A DNA stretch of 63,959 nucleotides, filler included, from a bacterium (GTDB lineage Bacteria; JALSQH01), in NCBI GenBank assembly GCA_027004335.1. It is 11 parts of 11 records of this genome, joined end to end, with 100 filler letters (N's around TTAATTAATTAA, not from the genome) between each part and the next. Parts side by side here need not be neighbours in the genome. Positions count along the whole stretch, not along the records: positions 48,384 to 58,257 come from JALTID010000131.1; positions 58,358 to 61,653 come from JALTID010000133.1; 9 more parts are not named here. One strand, 5' to 3'. Shown piece by piece: positions 50,791 through 60,066 of this stretch; within the stretch, counting starts at the first letter, position 1; each line of letters begins with the position of its first letter. The position numbers and the translations under genes were made by a program. The notes below the pieces were generated by a model, which did no database searches, was not told the origin of the DNA, and saw nothing but the letters and a program-made list of their open reading frames with translations.

Positions 50791-51986
50791 AGAAGATTTT
50801 TTATTTCATCTAAAATTGCATCTGCCAGGTCATCCTTGTTCTGAAGATCAAATCCTTTCTGTGTGCCATTTTTGAAGATCAGGGTTCCGTAGTTTGTCTC
50901 GCTTCCAAATCCTGCCCCTTCTGCTGTAAGATCATTGGCAAAAATAAGATCAAGATTTTTTCTTCTCATTTTTTCTACGGCATGTTCCACAACCTTTTCA
51001 GTTTCAGCGGCAAACCCCATAACGATTCCATCCTTCATCTTCTTAGCCACACTGAAAATTATATCTGGAGTTTTAACAAGGGTCAGAATCTGTTTATTTT
51101 CCTTTGACTCTTTCTTTACCTTCTGTTTGTGTTTTTTCTCAGGTTTAAAATCAGCCACAGCAGCGGCACCTATGAAGAGTTTTGCCCCCTGGGTATTTTT
51201 TTCTACTGCTTTTAACATCTCAGTAGATGAAGTGACTTTTATAACTTTTACACCATCTGGTGCTTCAATTTCTGTAGGGCCTGAGATCAGGTAAACATCT
51301 GCACCTCTCTGAGATAGCTTCTTTGCCAGGGCATAGCCCATCCTCCCCGTGGATGGATTTGATATGAATCTTACCGGGTCAAGGTGTTCCCTTGTGGGTC
51401 CAGCTGTTACAACAGCTTTTATTCCTTTAAAATCCTTTGGAGTGAGAAGATCCTCTATTACCTCCACAATTTTTTCAGGTTCCTCCATCCTTCCCTTCCC
51501 CTCATAACCACATGCGAGAGATCCTTCACGGGGTTCTATGATAATATGCCCAAATTTTCTCAGCGTGCTGATATTCCTCTGGACGATTTTGTTCTCATAC
51601 ATATGAACATTCATTGCCGGTGCAATCAGGATCGGTCTGGTATACGCAAGGGAAATTGTAGTAATAAAGTCATCTGCAATTCCTGAAGTCAATTTTCCGA
51701 TAAAATTTGCAGTAGCAGGTGCTACCACAAAGGCATTAGCTTCATCGGGGAGGGTTATATGTTTTATTTCTGCACCATGAATAGTGTCAAAAGTAGATTC
51801 AATTACAGGATTCACCGAGAGAGTCTGGCAGGTGAGGGGAGTGATGAATTTTTTTGCATTTTCTGTTATAACGACATTTACACTGGCACCCCTTTTTACA
51901 AGAAGGCGTACCAGTTCGCAGCTTTTATATGCTGCTATCCCGCCTGTTATACCCACAAGAATTTTTTTATCCTTTAATCTGTTCAG
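50787..51986 (-). CDS. coaBC: Phosphopantothenoylcysteine decarboxylase/ligase; probable CTG start
   Basis: GITGGIAAYK, APAMN, TAGPT.E.LDPVRFISN.STG.MG, GFAAET. Confidence 0.96.
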   Translation of the reverse strand: MNRLKDKKILVGITGGIAAYKSCELVRLLVKRGASVNVVITENAKKFITPLTCQTLSVNPVIESTFDTIHGAEIKHITLPDEANAFVVAPATANFIGKLTSGIADDFITTISLAYTRPILIAPAMNVHMYENKIVQRNISTLRKFGHIIIEPREGSLACGYEGKGRMEEPEKIVEVIEDLLTPKDFKGIKAVVTAGPTREHLDPVRFISNPSTGRMGYALAKKLSQRGADVYLISGPTEIEAPDGVKVIKVTSSTEMLKAVEKNTQGAKLFIGAAAVADFKPEKKHKQKVKKESKENKQILTLVKTPDIIFSVAKKMKDGIVMGFAAETEKVVEHAVEKMRRKNLDLIFANDLTAEGAGFGSETNYGTLIFKNGTQKGFDLQNKDDLADAILDEIKNLL

Positions 51987-52624
51987 AGGTAACCTCCTTC
52001 CTGCAAAAATGGGTTAAATTTCCTCTCTTCCTCAATGGTGGTTGGCTCCTCATGTCCTGAATATACTTTAACATCACCGGGAAGTGTAAGCAACTTCTCT
52101 TTAATTGATCTTATCAAAATTTCAAAATTGCCTCCGGGGAGATCAGTTCTGCCTATACTTCTTCTAAAAAGAGCATCACCACTGAAGAGAATTTTTTCCT
52201 TTTCGTTATAGAGGGAAATCCCTCCTGGAGAGTGCCCTGGTGTCTCAATTACCTTCAACTGGATCTCCCCGCAGTTAATTGTATCTCCTTCTTCCACAAA
52301 AATATCGGGAGCAGGGACTTCCGGCGGTGAAAGCCCAAATAATCTTGCCTGAAGGGGGACACTTTTGAGAGTCTCTATTTCCTTTTTGTTTATAACAATT
52401 TTTGCACCGGTTTTTCTTTTTAGCGGCGCAGCTGCACCTACATGGTCAAAATGCCCATGGGTAAGGATAATGTATTTCAGATTTATACTTTCTTTCTCAA
52501 TGTAATTTAAAAGTAGCTCCGTCTCATCTGCAGGATCAATGATTATTCCACAGTTTGTATCTTCATCAACTAAAATATATGTGTTGGTAAACGCTGCTCC
52601 CAAAATAAATCTCTTAACTTTCAC
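51983..52624 (-). CDS. MBL-fold hydrolase (glyoxalase II-like)
   Basis: THGHFDH, TPGHSPG, SGDALF..SIGRTDLPGG, GH. Confidence 0.93.
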   Translation of the reverse strand: MKVKRFILGAAFTNTYILVDEDTNCGIIIDPADETELLLNYIEKESINLKYIILTHGHFDHVGAAAPLKRKTGAKIVINKKEIETLKSVPLQARLFGLSPPEVPAPDIFVEEGDTINCGEIQLKVIETPGHSPGGISLYNEKEKILFSGDALFRRSIGRTDLPGGNFEILIRSIKEKLLTLPGDVKVYSGHEEPTTIEEERKFNPFLQEGGYL

Positions 52625-52693
52625 TATCAGCTTACCTTTTTACACATTTTCTTCATATTTTTCTTCTTCCATTATTTACCCCCCTGTTTTCTT

Positions 52694-52727
52694 AAATTAT
52701 AGCAGTGGAATAAGGGTGAGGCAAAAA
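52694..52727 (-). repeat. 34-bp direct repeat copy 1 = sigma70 promoter of MBL-coaBC
   Basis: Minus TTGCCT-17-TATAAT with extended -10 TG; 31/34 identical to 54748-54781. Confidence 0.85.
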
Positions 52728-52808
52728 TTGTTTAGATGCGCATATACATACTCTTCCCTTTTACTCAACTCCCCAATCAGTAAGTAAAGAGACATTGATT
52801 TAACTCCC

Positions 52809-53108
52809 GGTCACTTCGACACAGCTCAGTGATCTTGAGATTTTTCATGCTTATCAAAGCCCCGTGCCTCTCAAAGGAAATGCCCGAGTTTAGCAAGAGG
52901 TGATCAACACAGTGCACTTATTTTTCTTTAGCATGGTCACTCGGGAGCGAGAATGACAACACACTTACCAACCTTGTTTATCCCTTATAGTGAGGTTCCT
53001 GAGTGTAATCGAAGGGCCAAGCACATCCAGACTGCTTCGGCTTTGTTCAGCAACCTTAACATGGCTCCGAGCTTGTCGAGGGGACACTTCTACCGCGCTC
53101 AGCGACCT
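52809..53108. repeat. Cluster of degenerate palindromic REP-like repeats in alternating orientation
   Basis: CTTCGAC-n-GCTCAG-type units at ~52809, ~53030, ~53083; reverse CTGAG-n-TCGAAG-type units at ~52994, ~53063. Confidence 0.75.
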
Positions 53109-53167
53109 TTTCAGTGAGTAAATACTTTACACGATGTACCCCAAGGGAAGATTATTATCTATCCCCT

Positions 53168-54721
53168 TTACAATTTTTCATACTGAGACGAAACAATATT
53201 CCTCTCTTCTTTGCTAAAGGTGATCCCAATTAAATATATCTCCTTATATTTTCCCCGATATTTCTCGTAATATTTCTTCTCCTTTATCTGATCCAGAGGT
53301 GATTTATCCTCTGAAAAATTCGCCTTTACCTTAAATTCCAGAATATAAACTTTGTCTTTTACAATAACTGTTAAATCTATCCTCCCTTTATTGGTCACAT
53401 CTTCTGTAATAAGCGTTACCCCCAGTGATGCAAGGTAGGTATAGATTACGCTTACATAGTAACCTTCATAGGTGTCAATCTCATTTTTTGTAAAATTCGT
53501 ATAACTAATTGAGGAAAATAGGGCTTTAAAGTTATTTATTAAATCATCTACTCTCCCTTCTAAAAGGTATTCTTCTACTTCGGAGAGAAGTCTTGTTTTG
53601 GGATCTGTAGTTAAATCAGTTAAAAATTTCAATATGGTATTGTTAAGGCTCTTCTTGACTTCAAGATTTGGGTAACTGAGATAATATATGTTACTCATAT
53701 CCAGAGCTTGTCTTATATCCCTGATGGTTAAGTACCCCGTTTGCCACAAAAGGGCTTCTATTTCCATAGTATAAACATCAAAGCTACTCAATAATTCATC
53801 TGTAGCCTTTACTTCCTCAAGATCAGGTATAAAATACTTCTGTTTTTTCATCAACTTCATCAAAAATGCTGGTGTCCCTGTCTCAAACCAGTAGGAACAA
53901 AAGGAAAATCCTTTAGAAATAAACAACAATATATCAAAAGGATTGTACACTTTCTCACCTAACCAGCTATAACCATTGTACCATAACTTTACCTGCTCAA
54001 GATCTGCTCCATTTAAATGCCCAGAAAAGTATTTCTCAAGCTCTTCCTGGGTGTATCCACAAAGAGCAGAATATCTTTTATCAATGGTTATATCCTCGAG
54101 ATTGTTAAGTTTGCTAAAAAGATTAACCTTACTGAATTTTGTAACTCCAGTTAAAAATACAAATCTTAAATACTCATCAAGACCCTTTAATACTCCATAA
54201 AAATTTGCCAGAAGATCCCTTATCTTTTCCGCTTGCTCAGGATTTTCTATGTTATCTAAAATTGGTTTGTCATATTCATCAATTAAAACTACCACCGGCA
54301 TTTTGTATTTCTGGTAAGCCTTTTTGATCAAACAGAGGAAATAACTGCTATAAATTTCTCTGTTACATCCTGGTAATTCAAGACTTTCCTCAATCCCCAT
54401 AAGTGTGTCAGAAAGGGTTTTAAGAAATATTTCTGGTGTATCTGCATTAATCTCACTGAAATCTATTCTTATCACAGGATATTTTTTATTCCAGTCCCAT
54501 TTGTCATAAATATATAATCCTTTGAGTAGTTTTTTATTTCCCTCAAAAATATTTTTTAAAGTATCCACAGTTAGAGTCTTCCCGAATCTCCTGGGGCGAG
54601 AAAGGAAATAGTATCTTCCACTGCGGATAAGTTCATATATCTGCCTCGTTTTATCAACATATAAAAATCCTTCATTGATAATCGTTTTTAGGCTGTTTAA
54701 TCCAATAGGTAACTGTTTCAT
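53168..54721 (-). CDS. AAA-ATPase-like + PD-(D/E)XK nuclease fusion (DUF1703 type)
   Basis: LSRPRRFGKT, LIDEYDKP, YWFETGTP, E..Y, GRIDL...ILEFK; GGAGGA RBS before ATG 54721. Confidence 0.92.
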   Translation of the reverse strand: MKQLPIGLNSLKTIINEGFLYVDKTRQIYELIRSGRYYFLSRPRRFGKTLTVDTLKNIFEGNKKLLKGLYIYDKWDWNKKYPVIRIDFSEINADTPEIFLKTLSDTLMGIEESLELPGCNREIYSSYFLCLIKKAYQKYKMPVVVLIDEYDKPILDNIENPEQAEKIRDLLANFYGVLKGLDEYLRFVFLTGVTKFSKVNLFSKLNNLEDITIDKRYSALCGYTQEELEKYFSGHLNGADLEQVKLWYNGYSWLGEKVYNPFDILLFISKGFSFCSYWFETGTPAFLMKLMKKQKYFIPDLEEVKATDELLSSFDVYTMEIEALLWQTGYLTIRDIRQALDMSNIYYLSYPNLEVKKSLNNTILKFLTDLTTDPKTRLLSEVEEYLLEGRVDDLINNFKALFSSISYTNFTKNEIDTYEGYYVSVIYTYLASLGVTLITEDVTNKGRIDLTVIVKDKVYILEFKVKANFSEDKSPLDQIKEKKYYEKYRGKYKEIYLIGITFSKEERNIVSSQYEKL

Positions 54722-54747
54722 TGAAATATGATCCTCCCTTTTTATTA

Positions 54748-54781
54748 AAATTATAGCAGTGGAACGAGGGTAAGGCAAAAA
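54748..54781 (-). repeat. 34-bp direct repeat copy 2 = sigma70 promoter of the AAA-nuclease gene
   Basis: Minus TTGCCT-17-TATAAT; abuts the stop codon at 54782. Confidence 0.85.
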
Positions 54782-56980
54782 CTATCTGATCTCGATCTTC
54801 CAGCCCGATGGTTTTTTTCTTATCTGAACAGCAATCCCTCCCTCATTTCTTGTAACTGATATAGAAAACTTTCCTCCTCCAGCTGGAAGATCTTCTATCA
54901 GGATACTGTTTATTCCTGCGGGGAGATGAGGTTTGTTAAAAGAAATAATTTTATTAAGAGCGTCTAACTTAATTCCAAGCATTGCCTTTAACATAAGAAA
55001 AACACTCCCGCTGGCCCACGCCTGGGGGAAACACGCTGTGGGATAGGGTACTGGTCCATGAAACTCGCTGAGAGGAAATCCTCCGATGAGCTCCGGTATC
55101 CTGTAATTAGGATAATAGGAAGCAGCTTCAGTTATTCCCATGAAAATCTCTCCTATTTTCTCTCTGAAACTATATTTTGAAAAACCATCACAGATTATGC
55201 TGTTATCATGGGGCCATACCGATCCGTTGTGATAGCTAATCGGGTTGTACCTCGCCTCCTTTTCTGAAAGAGTTCTTATGGCAAAGCCATTGTATATGTC
55301 ACTTTCTGAAAGAGAATGATGAATAAGTTCTGCGTCACTTCTACTTACAGCCTCAGCAAAGAGAAGATAGCCCATATTGGAGGTTTTTATAGAACATTTT
55401 TTCTTTTTCCCATCAATTGCAAGTGCAAAAATTTTTCTCTTTTTATCATAGAAGTACTCTTTTATTCTCTGCCTGAATTTACTGGCTTTCTTCTTTATAT
55501 CGGAATATTCTTCATCTGTTATCTTCTTTAAAAATCTCCCCAGATCAGCATAATCCAGCATCGCCCTATGCCTGTATCCCTGCGCTTCTACAGGAGCAAG
55601 AGGTGGCCTGGCAAGCTTCCCGTTTTTATAAAAAACAGAATCCCAGGAATCCTTCCAGCCCTGATTGGATAATCCTTTTGGAGACCTCTTCACGTAATAT
55701 AAAAAACCTTCATCAGATAGAAGAGGATTGTGAGACTTATCTGTGATCCATCTGTAAGCTTCTATAATGTGTTCCCATATATCTTTTATAAACTCTGAAT
55801 CTCCACTGTTAAAAAGATAATTCCATGCAAGAATTATAAATAGCGGAGTTGAATCTACACTCCCATAATAAGGAATAAAGGGGATTTCACGCATATTTGC
55901 CATTTCCCCTCTCCTTAGCTCATGGAGAATTTTACCGGGTTCTTCTTCAGTAAAATCATCAAATTTTTCTCCCTGATATTTTGATAGAACTTTCAGGGTT
56001 CCTCTTGTCAATTCTGGATACCACGGCAGAAGTTGATAGGCGGTTATAATGGAATCCCTTCCAAAAATTGTGGAAAACCATGGAATACCAGCATATACAA
56101 CAGGAGAGTCTCCCACCAGAGTTATCATAAGATTCAGATCCTTAGCTGCTCTCGAGAGGACCTCATTTACCTTTTCGTTGTCACTCCTTATAAGAGTTAT
56201 CTTTTTTAAATACTCCAGGAGCTTTTCTCTTCTCTTTGCAATGACCTCTGAGTAACTTTCAGTGATTTCTTTATCCTCCATGGAAGTCCTGAAAGTTATA
56301 TCTACAGAGTTTCTCCTATCTCCTGCAGGGGAAAGAACAACTGGAATTTTTATCCTTGCAGTAGCAACAGAGTCCTCTACAGTTACATTAAGTAATTGAA
56401 ATTCATTGCTTACCGTAAAGAAAGTTTTCCTTGTGATCTTATCCAGTCCAAGGTAGGAAAAAATGATTGTTTTATCATGAATGGATGGCATAGAGTTTTT
56501 ACCTCTTTTTTTTCTCCTTTCACCTCTCACCTCGAAAATATCTTTGAAATCAGCCTTGATGCAGATTGTTATAAAAGTTTCTATTTTTTTATCAGAAAAA
56601 TTTTCTATGTGAAAATTCCCCCAGAGATCATCATCCATCAAAGCAAATGATTTTTTTACATATAGAGAAGATCTCGGCAGAAATATTCCACTTACCTCCA
56701 TATCTGGATTGGTAAATATTGACCTTACCTCTGCTCCCAGGTTACCTATGTCTGATGATAAGTAGATTAATTTCTTATCTGCAAAAGAAAATTCAAGTCC
56801 GCTCAGAAACCTTGTGTCTCTAAAATAATATCCCTGTTCAGATTCTCCCTGGCACGATATTTCTGCATTCTGGTCAAGGACAACAAAGGCGTCATGTTCC
56901 TTCAATGTGTGCTTCTTTATGTTTGGTACTATGTCTGAATAAAGTACATACCACTCACCATCTATTAGTTTTTTCTCCAA
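54782..56980 (-). CDS. Amylo-alpha-1,6-glucosidase / glycogen debranching family protein
   Basis: DTRFLS, AGIPWFSTIFGRD, EEPGKILHE.R, NQGWKDS, YHNGSVWPHDN, PQAWA. Confidence 0.9.
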   Translation of the reverse strand: MEKKLIDGEWYVLYSDIVPNIKKHTLKEHDAFVVLDQNAEISCQGESEQGYYFRDTRFLSGLEFSFADKKLIYLSSDIGNLGAEVRSIFTNPDMEVSGIFLPRSSLYVKKSFALMDDDLWGNFHIENFSDKKIETFITICIKADFKDIFEVRGERRKKRGKNSMPSIHDKTIIFSYLGLDKITRKTFFTVSNEFQLLNVTVEDSVATARIKIPVVLSPAGDRRNSVDITFRTSMEDKEITESYSEVIAKRREKLLEYLKKITLIRSDNEKVNEVLSRAAKDLNLMITLVGDSPVVYAGIPWFSTIFGRDSIITAYQLLPWYPELTRGTLKVLSKYQGEKFDDFTEEEPGKILHELRRGEMANMREIPFIPYYGSVDSTPLFIILAWNYLFNSGDSEFIKDIWEHIIEAYRWITDKSHNPLLSDEGFLYYVKRSPKGLSNQGWKDSWDSVFYKNGKLARPPLAPVEAQGYRHRAMLDYADLGRFLKKITDEEYSDIKKKASKFRQRIKEYFYDKKRKIFALAIDGKKKKCSIKTSNMGYLLFAEAVSRSDAELIHHSLSESDIYNGFAIRTLSEKEARYNPISYHNGSVWPHDNSIICDGFSKYSFREKIGEIFMGITEAASYYPNYRIPELIGGFPLSEFHGPVPYPTACFPQAWASGSVFLMLKAMLGIKLDALNKIISFNKPHLPAGINSILIEDLPAGGGKFSISVTRNEGGIAVQIRKKPSGWKIEIR

Positions 56981-58034
56981 ATTTTTCCTCCTTTAAATAG
57001 TAATAGGATTGTTCTTCTTTTATTAACCTCTGATAAATCTTTTCATAATTATCGACCATTTTCCCCACTGTGAAATTTTCCTCAAAATGTTTCCTGCACT
57101 GTTTCCTCTCTATTTTTTCTACATTTTTGATTGCGTCTGCAAGTTCTTCAAGAGAGTTTCTTAGGTATCCTGTCTCCCCATCTATAATAGTTTCGCGGAG
57201 CGCACCACAGGGCCTGGCAATAACTGGAGTTCCACATGCCAGAGCTTCAATAGCTGTGAGACCAAAGGGTTCAGGCCAATCAACGGGCATCAACAGAGCC
57301 TTTGCTTTCCCCACAAGTTCATTTTTTTCACTGTCATTTATCTCTCCAACATACTCTACAAGGGGGTGTTTCATAAGTTCTTTTATCTCCCTCTCATAAT
57401 ACTCCCTGTCAGCTCTATCAATTTTTGCGGCAATTTTGATCTTAATACCTGCCTTAATCGCAGCTTTGATAGCAAGATCAAGTCTTTTCTCAGGAGAAAT
57501 TCTTCCAACGAAAACAACATAATCCTCAGGGTTTTCACTAAATGTGTAAAGATCCTCCGGTAATCCATGATAAACGACTCCCAGAAAATTACCTTCAGGC
57601 AAAAGCTCTTTCTGCGATTCGCTGATTGCTGTAAGTCTGATTTCTGGATGCTTTTTTACCATTTCCGTCAGGTAGGGTAGATCAAGTCTCCCATGCGTCG
57701 TGTGTATAATAGGTGTCTCTGTATACCGAGAGAAAGGAAACAAATAATAATCTATGTGGGAATGAACCAGGTCATAAATTTCAGAATCTCTTATCACTTT
57801 TTCCACCTGCATCAGAATATATGGAACTGGATCTTTAACTCCAGCCAGTCTCAATGCGTTAGGAACTATGGGGATCAATCTGGCTGAAGTTTTTGAGTCT
57901 CCACTGGCATATAAAGTAACCTCGTGGCCCCTTCTCACCAGTTCTTCTGTGAGATAGTGAACCACCCTTTCGGTACCTCCATATAGTTTGGGAGGTACAC
58001 TTTCAAAGAGAGGTGCGACCATGGCGATCTTCAT
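56955..58034 (-). CDS. GT4 glycosyltransferase
   Basis: VPPKLYGGTERVV, GRISPEK, WPEPFGL..IEALACGTPV. Confidence 0.93.
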   Translation of the reverse strand: MKIAMVAPLFESVPPKLYGGTERVVHYLTEELVRRGHEVTLYASGDSKTSARLIPIVPNALRLAGVKDPVPYILMQVEKVIRDSEIYDLVHSHIDYYLFPFSRYTETPIIHTTHGRLDLPYLTEMVKKHPEIRLTAISESQKELLPEGNFLGVVYHGLPEDLYTFSENPEDYVVFVGRISPEKRLDLAIKAAIKAGIKIKIAAKIDRADREYYEREIKELMKHPLVEYVGEINDSEKNELVGKAKALLMPVDWPEPFGLTAIEALACGTPVIARPCGALRETIIDGETGYLRNSLEELADAIKNVEKIERKQCRKHFEENFTVGKMVDNYEKIYQRLIKEEQSYYYLKEEKFGEKTNRW

Positions 58035-58137
58035 AGTTCCACCTCCTTTTCCTTTATTTTTTATAAAATATAACCATGGTAACTGAAGTTTAAAGATTGG
58101 TCATCTTGTTTACAAACCCACAACCCATAATATGTTA

Positions 58138-58257
58138 ATGATGAATGCTACAGCTGTTCTCTGGGTTATCCTTGCCATTATCCTTCTTGATTTTCTTCTG
58201 GATATTATTCTTGAAAATCTGAATCTCTCCTACCGCAAAAAGCCTCTTCCTGAAAAT
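58138..58257 (+). CDS. Probable M48 (Ste24-like) peptidase N-terminus, truncated
   Basis: TM helix then L..LNL.....PLPE. Confidence 0.5.
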
Positions 58258-58357
58258 NNNNNNNNNNNNNNNNNNNNNNNNNNNNNNNNNNNNNNNNNNN
58301 NTTAATTAATTAANNNNNNNNNNNNNNNNNNNNNNNNNNNNNNNNNNNNNNNNNNNN
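58258..58357. other. Artificial contig linker
   Basis: N44-TTAATTAATTAA-N44. Confidence 0.99.
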
Positions 58358-59231
58358 GATGGTTTATCTGAAAGGTCAGGAACAAATCCCGGAATGCTTC
58401 TTAGTGGCTCCTTTCTGTCATACATTTTTACCGAAGGGATAGAATCAATTAACCCCTTTGTATATGGATGTAGAGGTGAAGAGAAAATAATTTCCATATC
58501 TCCTTCCTCAACAATAATTCCAGCATACATAACATATACCCTGTCTGCAACCTCACTTATCACCCCCATATCATGAGAAATAAATATCATTGACATATTA
58601 AATTCATCTTTCAATTCATTCATGAGATCAAGAATCTGTTTCTGAATAGTAACATCAAGAGCGGTAGTAGGCTCATCTGCAATTACGAGTTCTGGACGCA
58701 TAATAAGAGCCATAGCTATCATAATCCTCTGTCTCATCCCCCCACTAAGCTGATGCGGGTACTCCCTGTATCTTTTTTCGGGATCAGGTAACCCTACCTT
58801 CCTCATAATTTCAATAACCATATTTTTTCGTTCTGCATGGGGGAGAGAAGTGTGCACCTTCAAAACCTCTTCAATCTGGAAACCTACAGTAAAAACTGGA
58901 TTCAGGGCTGAAAGTGGCTCCTGAAAGATCATCCCAATTTCTCTACCACGAATTTTTCTGAGTTCTTCATCTGGGAGAGTTAGAATATCCCTGTTTTTAA
59001 AAACTATCTCCCCTTTTTCATATCTGGCAGGAGGAACCGGCAAAAGCTTCATGATACTCAAAGCTGTCACACTTTTTCCACATCCAGATTCTCCCACAAT
59101 ACCAGNNNNNNNNNNATACCAGCCACTTCCCCTTTTTCCACAGAGAGAGAAACACCCTCTACCGCTTTTATTACTTTTCGTGAAGTATAAAAATAAACAT
59201 GAAGATCTTTCACTTTTAAAAGCTTATTCAT
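58358..59231 (-). CDS. Peptide ABC transporter ATPase OppD/DppD; spans false 10-N gap, 3' truncated
   Basis: ATG 59231 MNKLLKVKDL; GESGCGKS, YPHQLSGGMRQR, DEPTTALD; ATACCAG duplicated either side of gap 59106-59115. Confidence 0.92.
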
Positions 59232-60063
59232 CTTTCAGCCTTGGATCAATTGCATCTCTTATCCCCTCACCCACCAGATTATATCCCAGCACAGTTATAA
59301 GAATTGCAAGGCCAGGATAGAAGGATAACCACCACGCTATTTCAATATTATCCTTTCCCTCAGCTAAGATATTGCCCCAGCTTGGAGTAGGTGGTTGAAC
59401 ACCAAGACCCAGGAAACTCAAAGCTGATTCAGTTAAGACAGCCCCTGCGACACCAAGAGTAGCAGCAACAAGTACCGGGGCAAGGGCATTTGGAAGAACA
59501 TGCTTGAAAATAATTCTGAAATCACTAGCTCCAGAAGCTTTAACAGCCATAGTAAAATCTTCCTTTTTCAATTTCAAAAACTCAGCTCTCACAAGTCTTG
59601 CGACTCCCATCCAACTGGTTAATCCTATTACCACCATTATATTAACAATTCCAGGATTAAGAAAGGCAATCACTGCAAGAATAAGAAAAAAAGTGGGAAA
59701 ACACAGCATAACATCAACGAATCTCATTATGAGGGAATCAACCCATCCGCCATAATATCCTGCTATGGCACCCAGCACAGCTCCAACTAAAGTTGAAATC
59801 CCAACAGCTATAAAGCCAACTAAAAGTGAAACCCTCGCCCCATAAAGCATCCTTGAAAAAACATCTCTTCCAAGAGAATCCGTTCCCATAAGATGATGAA
59901 GAGAGGGAGGTTGTAATGTGTGATAAGGTTCAATATGATCAGGAGAATAAGGAGCAAGATAGGTGGCGAAAATTGCAACAACTATAATTAGTAAGACAAA
60001 AACTGCACCTGCAACTGCAAGTTTATTTTTTAAAAATCTCCTCAGAAACTCGCTGAAAGCCAT
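59224..60063 (-). CDS. Peptide ABC transporter permease OppC/DppC
   Basis: GTD.LGRD.FSR..YGAR.SL, HVLPN, SFLGLGVQPPTPSWG. Confidence 0.95.
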   Translation of the reverse strand: MAFSEFLRRFLKNKLAVAGAVFVLLIIVVAIFATYLAPYSPDHIEPYHTLQPPSLHHLMGTDSLGRDVFSRMLYGARVSLLVGFIAVGISTLVGAVLGAIAGYYGGWVDSLIMRFVDVMLCFPTFFLILAVIAFLNPGIVNIMVVIGLTSWMGVARLVRAEFLKLKKEDFTMAVKASGASDFRIIFKHVLPNALAPVLVAATLGVAGAVLTESALSFLGLGVQPPTPSWGNILAEGKDNIEIAWWLSFYPGLAILITVLGYNLVGEGIRDAIDPRLKDE

Positions 60064-60066
60064 ATA

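Noticed and set aside
48423-52642. TAA recoding suggested by two in-frame TAAs on one contig
   Set aside because: TAA terminates many conserved genes here (purC, tsf, acpS upstream gene); error or uORF is simpler.
52809-53108. CRISPR array
   Set aside because: Units alternate in orientation, are degenerate and irregularly spaced; no cas genes.
59106-59115. Frameshift or pseudogene in oppD
   Set aside because: ATACCAG is duplicated across the gap; merging restores VAGIVGESGCGKS.
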